A DNA stretch of 7,068 bases, from the NCBI RefSeq assembly GCF_006345805.1, contig NW_021829009.1, positions 1 to 7,068 of the forward strand. The letters are read 5' to 3'. This DNA is from Octopus sinensis (taxonomy: Eukaryota). The notes under the pieces are model-generated. The model saw nothing but the letters and a program-made list of their open reading frames with translations, searched no databases and was not told where the DNA came from. The position numbers were made by a program, and so were the translations under genes. Of this stretch, positions 6,662 to 7,068 are shown piece after piece (position 1 is the first letter of the stretch; the number at the start of each line of letters is the position of its first letter).

Positions 6662-6887
6662 AATATAGAACTGTTAAGTACACAGGATAAAGCGCTGCCT
6701 TCCACTATTTCTTCAGGCTCTTTACATTCTGAGTTCAAATCCCACCGAGGTAATTTTGTTTTTCATCCTTTCGGAGCCGATGAAACAAGTACCAATCAAG
6801 CACAGAGTTCTATATAATCGACTAGCCCCACCTCGCACAAAATTCTAGGCCTTGTGCCTATAATACAAAGAATTGTTATTATTATTT
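6662..6887 (+). mobile_element. SINE family A copy with (ATT)n tail
   Basis: B box GAGTTCAAATCCC (6731-6743), core TTTCATCCTTTCGGAGCCGATGAAACAAGTACCA, then GGCCTTGTGCCTATA and an ATT tail. Confidence 0.87.
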
Positions 6888-6895
6888 CGACAGTA

Positions 6896-7068
6896 GGCGC
6901 AGGAGTGGCTTTGTGGTAAGTAGCTTGCTTACCAACCACATGGTTCCAGGTTCAATCCCACTGCGTGGCATCTTGGGTAAGTGTCTTCTGCTATAGCCTC
7001 GGGCCGACCAATGCCTTGTGAATGGATTTGGTAGACGGAAACTGAAAGAAGCCTGTCGTATATATGTA
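6896..7068 (+). mobile_element. SINE family B copy, 5' portion, runs off the window
   Basis: GGCGCAGGAG start, A box TGGCTTTGTGG (6906-6916), B box GGTTCAATCCC (6949-6959), CTTGGGTAAGTGTCTT, TTGGTAGACGGAAACTG, then the start of the internal microsatellite. Confidence 0.92.

Noticed and set aside
6896-6970. tRNA gene
   Set aside because: A and B boxes are present, but I see no convincing cloverleaf and the sequence continues into a SINE body shared with 6130-6280.
1-7068. CRISPR array or prokaryotic operon
   Set aside because: No regularly spaced repeat-spacer units and no gene-dense organisation; the content is eukaryotic repeats.

Overview
AT-rich, repeat-saturated eukaryotic (animal) genomic DNA with no supportable intact protein-coding gene. 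Most ORFs in the track are microsatellite or SINE read-through. The repeat repertoire resembles what I recall from octopus/cephalopod genomes (inference, unverified). From 5' to 3' the window holds: a decayed Tc1-type DDE transposase (1-527); a minus-strand retroposon fragment with a minimal type I hammerhead ribozyme (HHR) fold (586-631); a ~450-bp MITE with 30-bp TIRs and internal TTAGGG repeats (1110-1558); a non-autonomous Helitron (1677-2071) followed by a second Helitron-like 3' end; a second, unrelated type I HHR fold (2691-2736) about 140 bp upstream of a co-oriented, decayed Penelope-like (Neptune-type) ORF fragment (2877-3377); seven tRNA-derived SINE copies from three families; and many microsatellites. 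The most interesting signal is the set of HHR-bearing, microsatellite-embedded, Penelope-associated retroelement pieces. All folds and alignments were done by eye.
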